From Hydrurus foetidus (Eukaryota), in NCBI GenBank assembly GCA_900617105.1, contig UYFQ01000069.1:1-46206 (forward strand): a DNA stretch of 46,206 nt. Direction: 5' to 3'. Shown one piece after another: positions 35,041 through 46,206 of this stretch. A program made the translations under genes and the position numbers. The notes beneath the pieces were generated by a model. The model was not told the origin of the DNA and made no database searches. It saw only the letters and a list, made by a program, of their open reading frames with translations. The stretch's first letter is position 1; the number at the start of each line of letters is the position of its first letter.

Positions 35041-36184
35041 ATGACAGACGTAGTACCGTTTATTAAGCTCACAAAAGAAAAGTTTGCCGAGTTTTAAAGG
35101 CAAGTCTACGACTATGCTTCAAGCATTTGCTTAGACAACGAATTTTTTATCCATCGACATGGGCTGCTCTCCTTCGTTGTCACTACCAACATCTGGCAAA
35201 ATTTACCTGGGAACCAAATTCCGGACGACACAGTGCCTCCCAACATCGCTTTTCGTCCACGAGATATTCTTATCCCACCGGAAATTCCAGCAGAAAACGC
35301 CAATGCTTGGAGATTTTCGAATACAGAACGAAGTAATTCGATAAAGTTGCGACCGCAGTCCTCCTTCTTACACGACATTCAAATGATGCTTTACCATCGT
35401 CAGATCGCAACGAACTTTCTGATCTGATATTGGGTATGGGTCAATTGACGGCACTCGACCTCATGACTCATCTAAGGACGCAATATGGAACCTTAACATC
35501 AGAAGATTACAAATCGTTGCATGCCCAGTTATCACACAAATTGGACTCGGCACCAACTTCACTGGTTTCGCTGCCTATCAGCGCTTCATATTTCAACAAT
35601 TGGCAGCCTACGGTCAGCCTATACCAGAACTTTAAAAATGTGACTTCCTGCGCAGTGGAACTTGCCACCTGTTCCCGGTGCAAAAGGCCATCGATTCATA
35701 TCTTACCGCACATCCTCACACGGCCAATCAGACATTTCATAATTTGGTCGCGCACATTACTTTGCATTCACCAAACTTTTCTCAGTCCGCTGGAGATATG
35801 GGCTACACTGCATCAGCAACGCACACTACTCCACTTCAATCCTCTGACATTTCTTCAAGGGTCGCCACACTCCTCAGTTCTCCTACCTTTATCGCCGCTT
35901 TGGCCACAGCAGCAGCAGCAGCAGCTGCAGTTGTACCGCCTCCACCTCGGTCTGCACGCCCGCCCCGGACTGGCCGTGGTAGCCAACACGGTCAACCCAA
36001 AACATCCAACCCACCTGCAACGGATCCACCACGTTCCTACTGCTATGCCCATGGCTACAATGCTCACTCAAGCGCTGACTGCTACAAAATGCGATGGAGT
36101 TTCCTCGCCAAAATCTTCACCGACGAGGCGCGTCTAGCGACAAACCATACCTCCGTTCCCGGGGGATCTATTCTACGCTTATGA
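35041..36184 (+). pseudogene. gag: Copia gag (stops/frameshifts)
   Basis: ATG 10 bp after the LTR. HGLLSFV, HLRTQYGTL and the zinc-knuckle variant YCYAHGYNAHSSADC. Confidence 0.75.
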
Positions 36185-39100
36185 CGTTTAGGCGTGAGAA
36201 GTGATGTGCGTGAAGACACTGTAACTAACACAGTTAATTACAATACACCACATCTTTCTTTCGCCACCATAGCACCAAAGCTCGCATGCAGCGACACAGG
36301 ATCCACAAATCTTTTGATAAGACAATCTGATTCCTCGGCTGTCATCATTGATCCTTACCTTCAAGCTATTTCAATTACTCTTCCGAACGGCTCAATCATC
36401 GGCTCATCCTGTAGTGGTCTGTTGTATTTCGACAGTCTTCCACATTCAATAAAAGCATACATCTTCCCCGACCACATTCTACACACTTCACTACTAAGTG
36501 TGAGTGAACTATGTAATATGGGATGTCTTGCTACTTTCACAGACACGCATTTCAAATCACATACAACAATTCAATAGTTATCCATGGATCCAAAGCTGCA
36601 ACAGACACACTTTGGACGGTCCAACTACCTACACAATCAACAATCATCTCCCAACCCGACATTTCCTCTCATTCAGCAAGACTCACTGCAGAAGCTGATT
36701 TTGTGCTCTTCGTTCACACATCATTGGGTAGTCCAGTCTATTCCACCTTTCTCCGTGCAATTCGATCAGGTTACTTATCATCATGGCCTCGACTTACTAC
36801 TGCTATTGTCTTGGCTCATCCTCCGCATACCATCGCCATAGCCAAAGGTCACCTCAATCAATTGCACCAAGGCCTAGACTCTACCAAGACACATTCAGAC
36901 TCCCCATCATCTGATGAGGATGACATTCCACAATTACCTCTAACGGCTGAATCTGCCAACCATATCTACGTCAAAGTAGTCCGCCTTCCAAATACCGTTA
37001 GCTCCGATTTAACTGGTAAGTTCCCTGTTCAAGCCGACAGTGGCGCACAATACATTCTCATATCGGAAATGGACGGCTACATTCATGCCGATCCATTAGC
37101 GTCTCGCCATTATACAGCGTACATCTCAAGCTTCACACGAACAATTGCATTCTTCACAGCACTGGGTCGTATTCCCTTCTTTCTACGTCTCGATAACGAA
37201 ACGTCTCTACCACTGGATGCGTTCATGAAACGACAGGGCATTAGATTACAATATTGTCCGCCAGGCATGCATCGATCTAATAGAGCATAGAGAAACATCC
37301 AAACGTTCAAGAATCTTGCAGTAGCAACCTTCTGTACTACTGCTAAGGACTTTCCTTTAATCTTATGGGACCGTCTACTTCCCCAAATTGAACTCCCCAC
37401 TATCGATGTTTCACAGTGTGGTCCACAGCAACAAATGCAGTTCGCATCACCGACACACTCGCCTGGTTTCTCGACAATCTACAACTTCCTAGTCCCTCCG
37501 TCCATGATTTGCTCCTTGCTGCAATTCATGACCTAACCACCTCTATTCATACCGTCACACGAGCGCACCCCGCTTTCCGTCATCATCGTCAGCTCAGCAA
37601 CATTCCATCAATTACCCAACAACTTTTAGACATAGCAGCATTATACAATCCGGCAACAACTGATAGTCCTGCAAATACCAACGAAAATGTTACAATTTCC
37701 GATGCCGAGGAACAGAGGGTGCAAATCCCGGAACCGCCAGTATTGACCAGCATTACCTTTCCAGCAGTCCCATGGCACCCGCTCGTAGTCACCCCCCCGC
37801 CACCGGAACAGAGGGTGACCAGTGCGGACATCACGCCTTCTATTCGGGCAAGTTTGCAGCCGACTCACATTGATGTATTACCCAACGTTCCTCTCATTCC
37901 ATCTCAGCAACCACCTACAGTGCCAAAACCTAAGCAGCACACTGCGCGTCAGCGCGCCTAAGCTGCACTAAACTTGACTGCGGATGGAAGTCCTCTCACG
38001 TACTCCAAAGCAAAAGCGGGACCTGATGCTGCCCGATGGTTACAGGCCGAGGCGGAGGAATTTGATCGTCTCTTCACGTCCCACACAATAAAACCGATAC
38101 ACCAGTCCGACCAGCCACCCGACCGTCGTCGGGATACCACCTACTTTAATCCACAGACTAAGCAGAAGGTCGACTCTCGTGGCTCTATTACATATCGCAT
38201 CCGTGGCACTGCCGGTGGCGACAAAATTAACTACACCGGGCCCACATCTGCCCAAACGGCTGCTATGCCAGTTGTCAAACTGCTCCTACACTCCGTTGTC
38301 TCCGAACACCAGCGTTGGATGACCATCGATATCAAAGACTATTACCTTAATACTCCTCTCCTTCGTCCTGAGTTTATACGGATTCCTTGTCGTATGATAC
38401 CCGAAACAACTATCGATACCCACCGTCTTACCTCATACGTCCACCACGACGCTATTCTCTTCGAATTGAATAAGGGTATGTACGTTCTTCCCCAAGCCGG
38501 TCTATTAGCACAACAGCGCCTAATTGCGCATCTGGCCACTCATGGATACCACGAGACATCCACTCCATGCCTCTTCCGACACACCTCTAATGGCACTGCT
38601 TTTACTCTAGTGGTCGACGATTTTGGCATCAAGTATTCCTCACAAGCTGGCGCAGATCATCTCATTCGTACCCTCCGACTTCTATATGTTATCACCATCG
38701 ACTGGACCGGGTCCACATACATCGGATTTACGATAGTTTTCAACAATGAAACCCGGCAAGTTTCCCTCACTATGCCCGGCTACATCGACAAGGTGCTACA
38801 ACGTTTTGCCCCCCATCTTTCTCTCGGTGCTGCATCTCCAGCCGTCTACACTCCCCCCAACTATGGTACCCAAACACCCCTCCGACACATCCCCAACTCT
38901 CTCGATGATGGACGTCAAAAAACTTCAAGAGCAAGTAGGTTGCCTACTGTATTACGCCCGAGGGGTTGATGCTACTATCCTTCCAGCAGTAAATCACATT
39001 GCATCTCTGCAATCACAACCCACCATAATGGTTGCTGCTGCTATGGAACGCCTACTTCAATATTGCGCTCGTTTTCCGAATAACGCCCTCGTGTTCACGG

Positions 39101-39693
39101 CCTGCGACATGCGACTTTTCATACAATCTGACGCTTCTTACCTGTCCCGCCCTAAAGCACGCTCCGTTGCTGGGGGGATTTTCTATCTAGGCAACAACAA
39201 TCAGCCTACAACTATCAACGGACCATGTCTTACTCTGAGCATCATCATTCCTGTTGTAGTATCCTCTGTTGCTGAAGCGGAATATGCAGCTGTATTTATG
39301 AACGCCAAGGAGGGGGCCTCTATCCGTGCAATTCTCGACAGTCTCGGATACCCTCAACCTACAACCGACATTCTCTGTGACAACATGTGCGCAGTTGGCC
39401 TCGCCTCCGACACTGTCACTCCAAAAAAGACAAAATCCATCGACATGCAGTTCCACTGGATTAGAGACAGAGTACGGCAAAAACAATTCACTGTCACCTG
39501 GCGTCAAGGAGCTCACAACTTGGCCGACTTCTTTACTAAAGCGTTGCCAGTGCACCTTCATCGTACACTCATGCCATTTCTTGTAAGCATTCCACCGACA
39601 CTTGACACAAAATATCAGACATCGCATGCTCGACGCTCACATGCATGGAAATCACTTCGCTGTAATGCAAACAATCAGAATGCAATTCAATAG
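36185..39693 (+). pseudogene. pol: Copia pol (protease, integrase, RT, RNase H), disrupted
   Basis: Protease DTGST. Integrase SSDLTG and RLDNE, with NRA*R (catalytic E changed to TAG). RT IDIKDYYL, GMYVLPQAG and LVVDDFG. RNase H SDASY, AEAEY, CDN and LADFFTK. Internal deletion ~37397. Confidence 0.92.
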
Positions 39694-40112
39694 CAGCATA
39701 GAAGCTTTGCACATTTATCTTCACACAATCGTTTTCTTACTCCTTTCGTCTCATTTACATTCACATCATAATATGACAGATTGAGAGGGTGTGTTCATGT
39801 ATGTACATACAATCATCCGATCTTGATCTTGAGCACTGCAATCTGTCATTGTGTCTCCACTCCTGCTTCCTTCATAACTTAATCTAAACCAACGTAAACT
39901 TGCACTCATCGGTTTACAGTTCATCACTGAACGTTCTTCAGTCAGTCTCCAGCGGATCAACACCAGTCTCTCGCCTGTAGGTGAGACCCCCTCCCACTAG
40001 AAATACGCCCAAAGGGATGTGGATGAGATGGCTTCTTATATAGGAACTAGAATAATGTTTATCTTACTTATGGCTTCTCTCGCGGGTCAGGTGATTCCAA
40101 CTCGTCCCCCCC

Positions 40113-41352
40113 TTATCTGTTTCTTCTAGAAACCGACTTGGGCCGGGTACCGACAAGCTTGGAACTTCGATGCCCTTCACCCGCAATTACCATGGGCATC
40201 ATCTGCTGTACTGGAACTGAGCTACCGCGCTCTGCGGGCAGGAGGCGTTGAACGTCGGCGATGGCCAGCTGGTATCCACCAGGTAAACTGTTAGCAGCCA
40301 AGGGGCCTAGATCGGTCGCATAATCATAAGTCTGGTTCTTCACTTGAGAACCCGGAGCATAGTTGCCACGATCCCTTCTGTCATCTTCCGTAGCTGTGAT
40401 GCCCTCATGTGTGTTATTCCTCCCTTGCGCAGTGAGTGTAAGCTAAAATAGTTTGGAGGTAAGCCCAGAATGATGCATGTGCGTTTAATCTTTTCTCGGA
40501 ATGCTCTTCCCTTCAGAGCTTTCTTTACTCCGGAACTACTTCGCACACAGAAAAGTTCGTCTACTCCCAGGGCCCCGCTTCTCGATATGAACAGAATGAG
40601 CTGTTCCAAGAAAAGGGACTCCTCTTGAGACCGACGACCTATGACTTTCGGCTTCACGACGACTTTTCCCTTGGAGCTCGCGGATAGAGCCCGACACTCT
40701 ATAACCCTCTTCACTAAATAGCTTTCGTCGCTAATGCCAACGAGATCTTTCGCCAGGGCACCTCCGGTGCTACGAACCACTCCATCCTGGGTTTGGGAGT
40801 AGAAGGTGAGGTCGTCGACTTGTATGCAATGATCGACCCCTCGGGTGAAGCGTATTCTGAGATCCGTTTGCTCTGATCGAAACCCCACATGCATGCCAGG
40901 TAGGTCATCCGGCCCAACAAACCGTCTCCGTGCCACGGCTGGTTATCCCACAACCTGCTCCTGATGTTGGTCAGCATACTCACGCAAGCTGGTAGCTTGA
41001 CCGTTTCAGAGGCTCCCCTGTTCCTCCTGGCGCGGAGCTCCACAGGGGTCAGTCAGCACGAATGCCTTGTGGTAGTTATTATCGCTGAATCGAGGAACGT
41101 TGTGGATTCCAAAGCTTGCATAAAGTGCATCCGTATGCCGGCTGTGACAGCACTCGCTGCCTTCTCACGGTAACTGCTCTGATACCTTCTAAAGATAAGA
41201 AGGCTCACGAGTGAAGCCTTCTCTGTCTCGGTTGCTCCCTTTAGAAATGGATCGTGTGATTCCGTCTCTGACTGAAGGAACTTCTTCCACATTTCCCAGT
41301 GACCATCGTATGTTCGGCGAGTTGCAGTCAACAATGATTTGCCGATGAACAA
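40113..41352 (-). pseudogene. Tyrosine recombinase of DIRS-like element, frameshifted
   Basis: TRRTYDGHW, GFDQSKRISEY (catalytic R), HSLRKGG and a downstream TYDY. Confidence 0.8.
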
Positions 41353-41620
41353 AGATAGACATTCCCGATTCTTCTCCGATACAAGACTCTGCGCACCTGT
41401 GTCGTGATAAATCGAGTTGAGATGTGGCTTTTTTCGTTTTCTTTTTTAGAGCTGTACAGATGATTGAGGTAAACATATAGATGCAAATGAGAGAGTGTTG
41501 AGTATGGCGTCAATATGCGAGCGGGCGGTAATCCAGAAAATTTCGAATTCATCACCCGATCCGATACCAATAGCTGGATCACATAGTCTTAGTAGCGCCA
41601 TTACATTGATGTTGTTGATC

Positions 41621-42730
41621 TCATTTTATCCCCATTATTTCCGCATGCTCCAATACTGACGTCCCAGCATCTCCACCTCTTCTCAAGAGTTGATCGCACT
41701 TGTTATTTGATTCCCCTGATATGTGTGTGATTTCCCTGATGTCGACATTGGCCGCCACACAGAGTAGTGTCCAAATCATAGCAGCATTAGTCACGATAGA
41801 TCCTCTGGAGCGCTCCGTGATGGCCCAAGTTAAAGCTGTCACGCTATCGCCGCGGAGAGCTAGACTCTTTCCCCTATTGCCCAAAAATATATGTCCCAAT
41901 ACAGCTAGAATCGCCCCGATAAACTCAGACAAATTCTGATAGTAAGAGTCAGTTCCAAAATTTAGAAAGGATATACTCACGACGCAGGCCCCCATCGCAA
42001 CCTCTGCACCGTTTCTCTGATACCAAATAATACCTACTCCTGCAAGCGAGGCGTCAAACTCCGCAATTGTGAGTGGGAGAGCTTGTGAGAAGGACTCCAA
42101 CGTTCTTGTAAATCTGGATTCTTGATATCGAACCAAGCAGAGCATGGCTTGCCAGCATTTGATAGGAATCTTTGCCTCCGCTGATACTAGAAAAGTTGCA
42201 TGCGCTTCTGACCGTCCAGCGATGAGGCGGTTAAGAGCTCCTCATAAAGGACGCATGACACGACAGATTTTCCCGTATCGACTCGCCCAAGAGGCTAGTT
42301 TCTGACCCGTCCTTAAACTCATTTTCTTCTCTACGTCAATACTGATAAAACCGTGAAGTGCATTTAGGTAGTTTTTCCGGGCGATCGATACTCGTTGACT
42401 ATCAAGATCAATCACATACCCAATAACGTCGACTCTCCTGCCTAGCTCCGTTTTGTCGTCAGCGACAGCGGTAGGGCCGAGGAGACCTGCGCAGATGTCC
42501 CGAGTGCGTCTGAGATCCTCAATCACGTCTTTGGCCATACATGTGACTATGATGTCGTCGACATACATGATTGTGGAGCTTCGCAGGCAATGACTCAATT
42601 CCCACTGGATTGCCCTAGTGACAACCTGGAAAGCGGCAAGACTTCCTGCCCAGCCGAAAATTCCGATGAACTGAAAATACACGATATTTCCAGTGAGCAT
42701 CATGCCAAATAAGCCTATGTAGCCTAGCAC
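41621..42730 (-). pseudogene. Reverse transcriptase + RNase H of DIRS-like element
   Basis: FGWAGS and YVDD. RNase H EFDASLAGVG, LSEF, RGDSVTAL and HISGESNNKCD. Confidence 0.85.
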
Positions 42731-42752
42731 GTACGTTCACCGTACACTTTAT

Positions 42753-42813
42753 ACACGTTTGTATATATTCACGTATGTATATTCACACGTTTGTATATAT
42801 TCACGTATGTATA
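42753..42813. repeat. 32-bp tandem duplication
   Basis: ACACGTTTGTATATATTCACGTATGTATA(TTC) x2, next to the DIRS truncation point. Confidence 0.85.
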
Positions 42814-43304
42814 TAATTCACGCACCCATAGTCTATTTTCATCCACATCAACTGTCCACCGGTAACGGACGCGCATCAGCATCAGCACCCTTGTAGCCTA
42901 TCGTTTGTGTCTGTTGTTAGCTGCTTGCTCGCTTCTTTCACAAACTGTAACTAACCTAACAGTTTACTCCAGCATACCGTCTTTACCCGGATTCTTCGTA
43001 CTCGAATCCGGCCGCGACTACAATATTAATATTGAGAGTTGTTAGACGAACTCTCGTTACTGGAGAGCTAGATAGATTTTCCAACCGCCGACATCCGACG
43101 ACCATCTGGCACTGATCACCAGTATGGTTTCCAGCAACCGACGAAAACTTTCCAGGGCATCGGCCGTTTCGACGGCTCCCCTGTCGATTTCCCAGGAAGC
43201 GCCATCAACCAACGCCGTCGTCGAGATCATCGCCGACACCATGGACGCTAGCACAACGGGAGATTCCGACTCGGCGAATCCTCCCTCGCTTCCAGATCCA
43301 TCTT

Positions 43305-46118
43305 TTGCTATCTTTCGCCTCTAATCCCTTCTCGAATTTGGCCCCCGGCGTGGGAGGGGGAAACCCCTTGCAAAATTTTTTGCAGCCATCTTCCGCTCCA
43401 TCTGGAGCTATTACAGCGGATCTAGCGATATCCCAAGCGGGGGAAGTCTCTGTTGAACATCAACAACTTCCCCAGCGAGTGGATGGCCTTAACCATTTAA
43501 TTCCTTACGGGCCTAATCCACACATGTCAGCTTATGAAGGATTACACGGCAGCAAGTTTGACTTCCGAGCACACCCGATAGCCCCGGCTGGATCTAAAGT
43601 ACTCATTCTCGACAAACCAAGTGCAAGAGGATCTTGGGCACCACACGGCGTGCTCGGCTTTTACTTAGGTCCTTCCATACACCACTATCGCTGTTTTGAC
43701 GTCTGGTCAGTTGACACTCAGTCACTGCGCATCACTGACACGGTCGCTTGGCTATTGGAGAAAGTCTCTCTTCCAAATATAGGCCCTCACGACTCATTAC
43801 TCGCAGCAGTTATGGACTTAACAACGGCGCTAGGCGCGTTGGCAAATACGGCACCAGCAATTGCGCGACGAGGCCAGCTTCACATTACACCTGCTTCAAT
43901 GTCGTCAGATCTGATGCAGTTTATCGATAGTTTCTATCCACCATCCGTCCCAGACTCCATCGACATTAGCACATCTTTGCAACAGGCTGCTACAACATTG
44001 CCTCCCCCTGCATCAGTTCAGAGGGTGGTAAACACCATTGAGTGCACTACCGCCGACCCCATGCAGGAACATGCGACTGCAAATGAAGAGCCGCAAGAAC
44101 AGCCTGAGCCTCCCACGCCAAATCAGAGGGTGGCCCCATTGGCACAGCTTATAGACACCAACACTTCAAGAGATAATACTCTCCACGCACTAGTTCATGA
44201 TGAGGCAGTCATCGCACCAGTCATACAACCACCAGAACCGCTGATGTTGCCCATCTTACCGAACATTTTGCCGGATCTACCACTGATCGCACCAAACATG
44301 CCATTCCCGAGAATGTCCTCAAAAAACAAAACGAGACCCGTTCCTCCTCTAACACGCAGCAGAACTTCAGCAAGCGCAGCAGCAACCACGTCCTCCCTCA
44401 ACCTCGCCCCAGATGGATCGCAACTCACTTACGCCAAGGCAATCCGCGGCGACGAAGAACCCCAGTGGCGGCGGGCAGAGGAGGAAGAATTTGACAGACT
44501 GTTCCTTTCAAAGACTATGAAACCCATCCATGCAAAAGACCAACCACATGATCGACGAGGCGACACAAGCTATTACAACCCACAAATTAAAGAGAAGTAC
44601 AACTCCCTTGGTAAGAAAACCTTCCGTGTTCGCGGTACTATTGGCGGCGATCGTATAAACTATCCAGGGGAAACGTCAGCCGACACCGCAGCCATGCCCG
44701 TCGTTAAGCTTCTGCTACAGTCAGTTATCAGCGATGATCACAAGTGGATGACGCTTGACATCAAGGACTACTACCTTCATACGCCACTCCCTCGCGCTGA
44801 GTACATCCGCATACAGCGCAAGCTCATTCCAGACACCGTCATTAAAAAGCACCTCCTCGAGCCGTATCTTACCAAAAATTCCATTCTCTTCGAGGTCAAC
44901 CAGGGAATGTATGGTTTGCCGCAAGCCGGGTACTTAGCCCAGCAGCGTCTCATAAGTCACCTCGCGAAACACGAGTACCACGAAACCACTACGCCGTGCC
45001 TTTTTCGGCATTCCACTAATGGAACTACCTTTGCTCTGGTAGTCGACGACTTCGGTGTCAAGTACTCCACAGACGCTGCTGCAGAACACCTCATTTCGGC
45101 CCTGCGCGAACTCTACGAAATTAAAATCGATTTGTCTGGAGCAAAGTATATCGGGTTTACAATAAAGTTCAATCGTGAGCACAGAACAGTAACACTCAGC
45201 ATGCCTACATACATCACCAAAGTTCTCGAACGTTTTCCACCGAGCAAACCAAGCGGTGCCCCGTCGCCCTCAATCTACACGCCACCTCCGTACGGATCAA
45301 GGTCCCAGCTCACAGCAGAGGATGTATCTCCCGCGCTTACACCAGCTGCGGCAAAACGGATTCAAGAAATCGTTGGATCTCTTCTCTTCTACGCTCGAGG
45401 CGTTGACCCAACAATTCTACCCACTGTCAACCTACTCGCCTCGCTACAATCATCACCCACGCAAGATGTAGCCGACATTGCAGACCGCCTACTCCAAAAT
45501 TGCTCAAGATACCCCAATAATGAACTTGTCTACCACGCGTGCGACATGACGCTGTTCATACAAGCTGATGCGTCCTACCTCTCACGCAGTAAGGCCCGAT
45601 CCGTTGCAGGAGGCATCTGCTACCTCAGCAACCAAGGACAACCAGAGCACATCAATGGCGTCATCCACGCCGTCAGTTCAATCATTCCTTCCGTTGTCGC
45701 ATCCGCTGCTGAATACGCCGCCCTGTTCATGCTAGCTCAAGAGGGAGAATACCTCCGACGTGTCCTCGGCGACATGGGATATCCTCAGGCGCCTACACTC
45801 ATTCTATGCGACAACCAATGTGCCGTCGGCCTCACAACAAATTCGTTAAAAGCCAAAAGAACCAAGTCTATCGACATGCGCTACCATTGGATACAAGATC
45901 GAGTGACACAGGGTCACTTCCAAGTTGTCTGGCGCCGTGGAGAACACAACCTTGCAGATTTCTTCACCAAGGCCCTCCCGGTGCACACGCATCAGACTTT
46001 AATGCACCTACTAGTCCACACACCACCATCCCCGGGTACCGCCTCCCAGACACCCAAGGCACGGCGCGCATTAACATGGTCGCAGACACAACAAAGACAG
46101 ATTGAGAGGGTGTGTTGA
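43305..46118 (+). CDS. pol: Second CoDi-like Copia pol, 5'-truncated (integrase C-terminus, RT, RNase H) in one 937-aa ORF
   Basis: SAYEGLHG.KFDF, GFYLGPSIHHYRC, LDIKDYYL, GMYGLPQAG, LVVDDFG, ADASY and LADFFTK. Copia homology begins ~43485. Confidence 0.92.
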   Translation: MLSFASNPFSNLAPGVGGGNPLQNFLQPSSAPSGAITADLAISQAGEVSVEHQQLPQRVDGLNHLIPYGPNPHMSAYEGLHGSKFDFRAHPIAPAGSKVLILDKPSARGSWAPHGVLGFYLGPSIHHYRCFDVWSVDTQSLRITDTVAWLLEKVSLPNIGPHDSLLAAVMDLTTALGALANTAPAIARRGQLHITPASMSSDLMQFIDSFYPPSVPDSIDISTSLQQAATTLPPPASVQRVVNTIECTTADPMQEHATANEEPQEQPEPPTPNQRVAPLAQLIDTNTSRDNTLHALVHDEAVIAPVIQPPEPLMLPILPNILPDLPLIAPNMPFPRMSSKNKTRPVPPLTRSRTSASAAATTSSLNLAPDGSQLTYAKAIRGDEEPQWRRAEEEEFDRLFLSKTMKPIHAKDQPHDRRGDTSYYNPQIKEKYNSLGKKTFRVRGTIGGDRINYPGETSADTAAMPVVKLLLQSVISDDHKWMTLDIKDYYLHTPLPRAEYIRIQRKLIPDTVIKKHLLEPYLTKNSILFEVNQGMYGLPQAGYLAQQRLISHLAKHEYHETTTPCLFRHSTNGTTFALVVDDFGVKYSTDAAAEHLISALRELYEIKIDLSGAKYIGFTIKFNREHRTVTLSMPTYITKVLERFPPSKPSGAPSPSIYTPPPYGSRSQLTAEDVSPALTPAAAKRIQEIVGSLLFYARGVDPTILPTVNLLASLQSSPTQDVADIADRLLQNCSRYPNNELVYHACDMTLFIQADASYLSRSKARSVAGGICYLSNQGQPEHINGVIHAVSSIIPSVVASAAEYAALFMLAQEGEYLRRVLGDMGYPQAPTLILCDNQCAVGLTTNSLKAKRTKSIDMRYHWIQDRVTQGHFQVVWRRGEHNLADFFTKALPVHTHQTLMHLLVHTPPSPGTASQTPKARRALTWSQTQQRQIERVC

Positions 46119-46206
46119 TGTATACTTGTCACCCGTATGCATCACTCGCAGTACGGCGATAACCAATCTGCTTTCTCCACTTGAATCTAAACCTCATCCT
46201 CACATT
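46113..46206 (+). repeat. Start of 3' LTR of second Copia (runs off window)
   Basis: Same PPT GACAGATTGAGAGGGTG followed by TGTTGAT. Confidence 0.8.

Larger units (their letters stand above)
34860..39962 (+). mobile_element. Ty1/Copia LTR retrotransposon (CoDi-like), near full-length, degenerate
   Basis: 171-bp LTRs 34860-35030 and 39792-39962 (2 differences; TGTTCAT...ATCAACA). PPT AGATTGAGAGGGTG. Domain order gag-PR-INT-RT-RH. Confidence 0.93.
39963..42730 (-). mobile_element. DIRS/Ngaro-like tyrosine-recombinase retrotransposon, 5'-truncated
   Basis: RT, RNase H and YR in that order on the minus strand, with no DDE integrase. Confidence 0.82.

Overview
Eukaryotic, intron-rich, transposon-dense DNA. 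A stramenopile/ochrophyte source is inferred from diatom-type (CoDi-like) Copia elements and the gene style, and cannot be proven here. Left to right: (1) the right half of a Tc1/IS630-type DD34E element; (2) an abutting PIF/Harbinger element with TAA target-site duplications; (3) a Crypton-like tyrosine recombinase gene; (4) a second, complete Tc1-like element with ~280-bp TIRs, whose right TIR is split by a ~700-bp foldback element; (5) three host genes (GT31-like glycosyltransferase, patatin-like lipase, secreted NHL-repeat/Pro-Thr protein) with two TA-flanked MITEs among them; (6) a decayed pogo/Tc5-type transposase; (7) a nest of retroelements (two CoDi-like Copia elements and a DIRS/Ngaro-like RT-RNaseH-YR element). 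The most notable observation is that both diverged Tc1-like elements carry an intact three-intron transposase plus a convergent second gene. The two second genes are homologous at their C-termini and have no domain I recognise, which suggests a two-gene Tc1/IS630 lineage with a conserved accessory protein. All calls are from reading the sequence and aligning by hand; no database searches were run.
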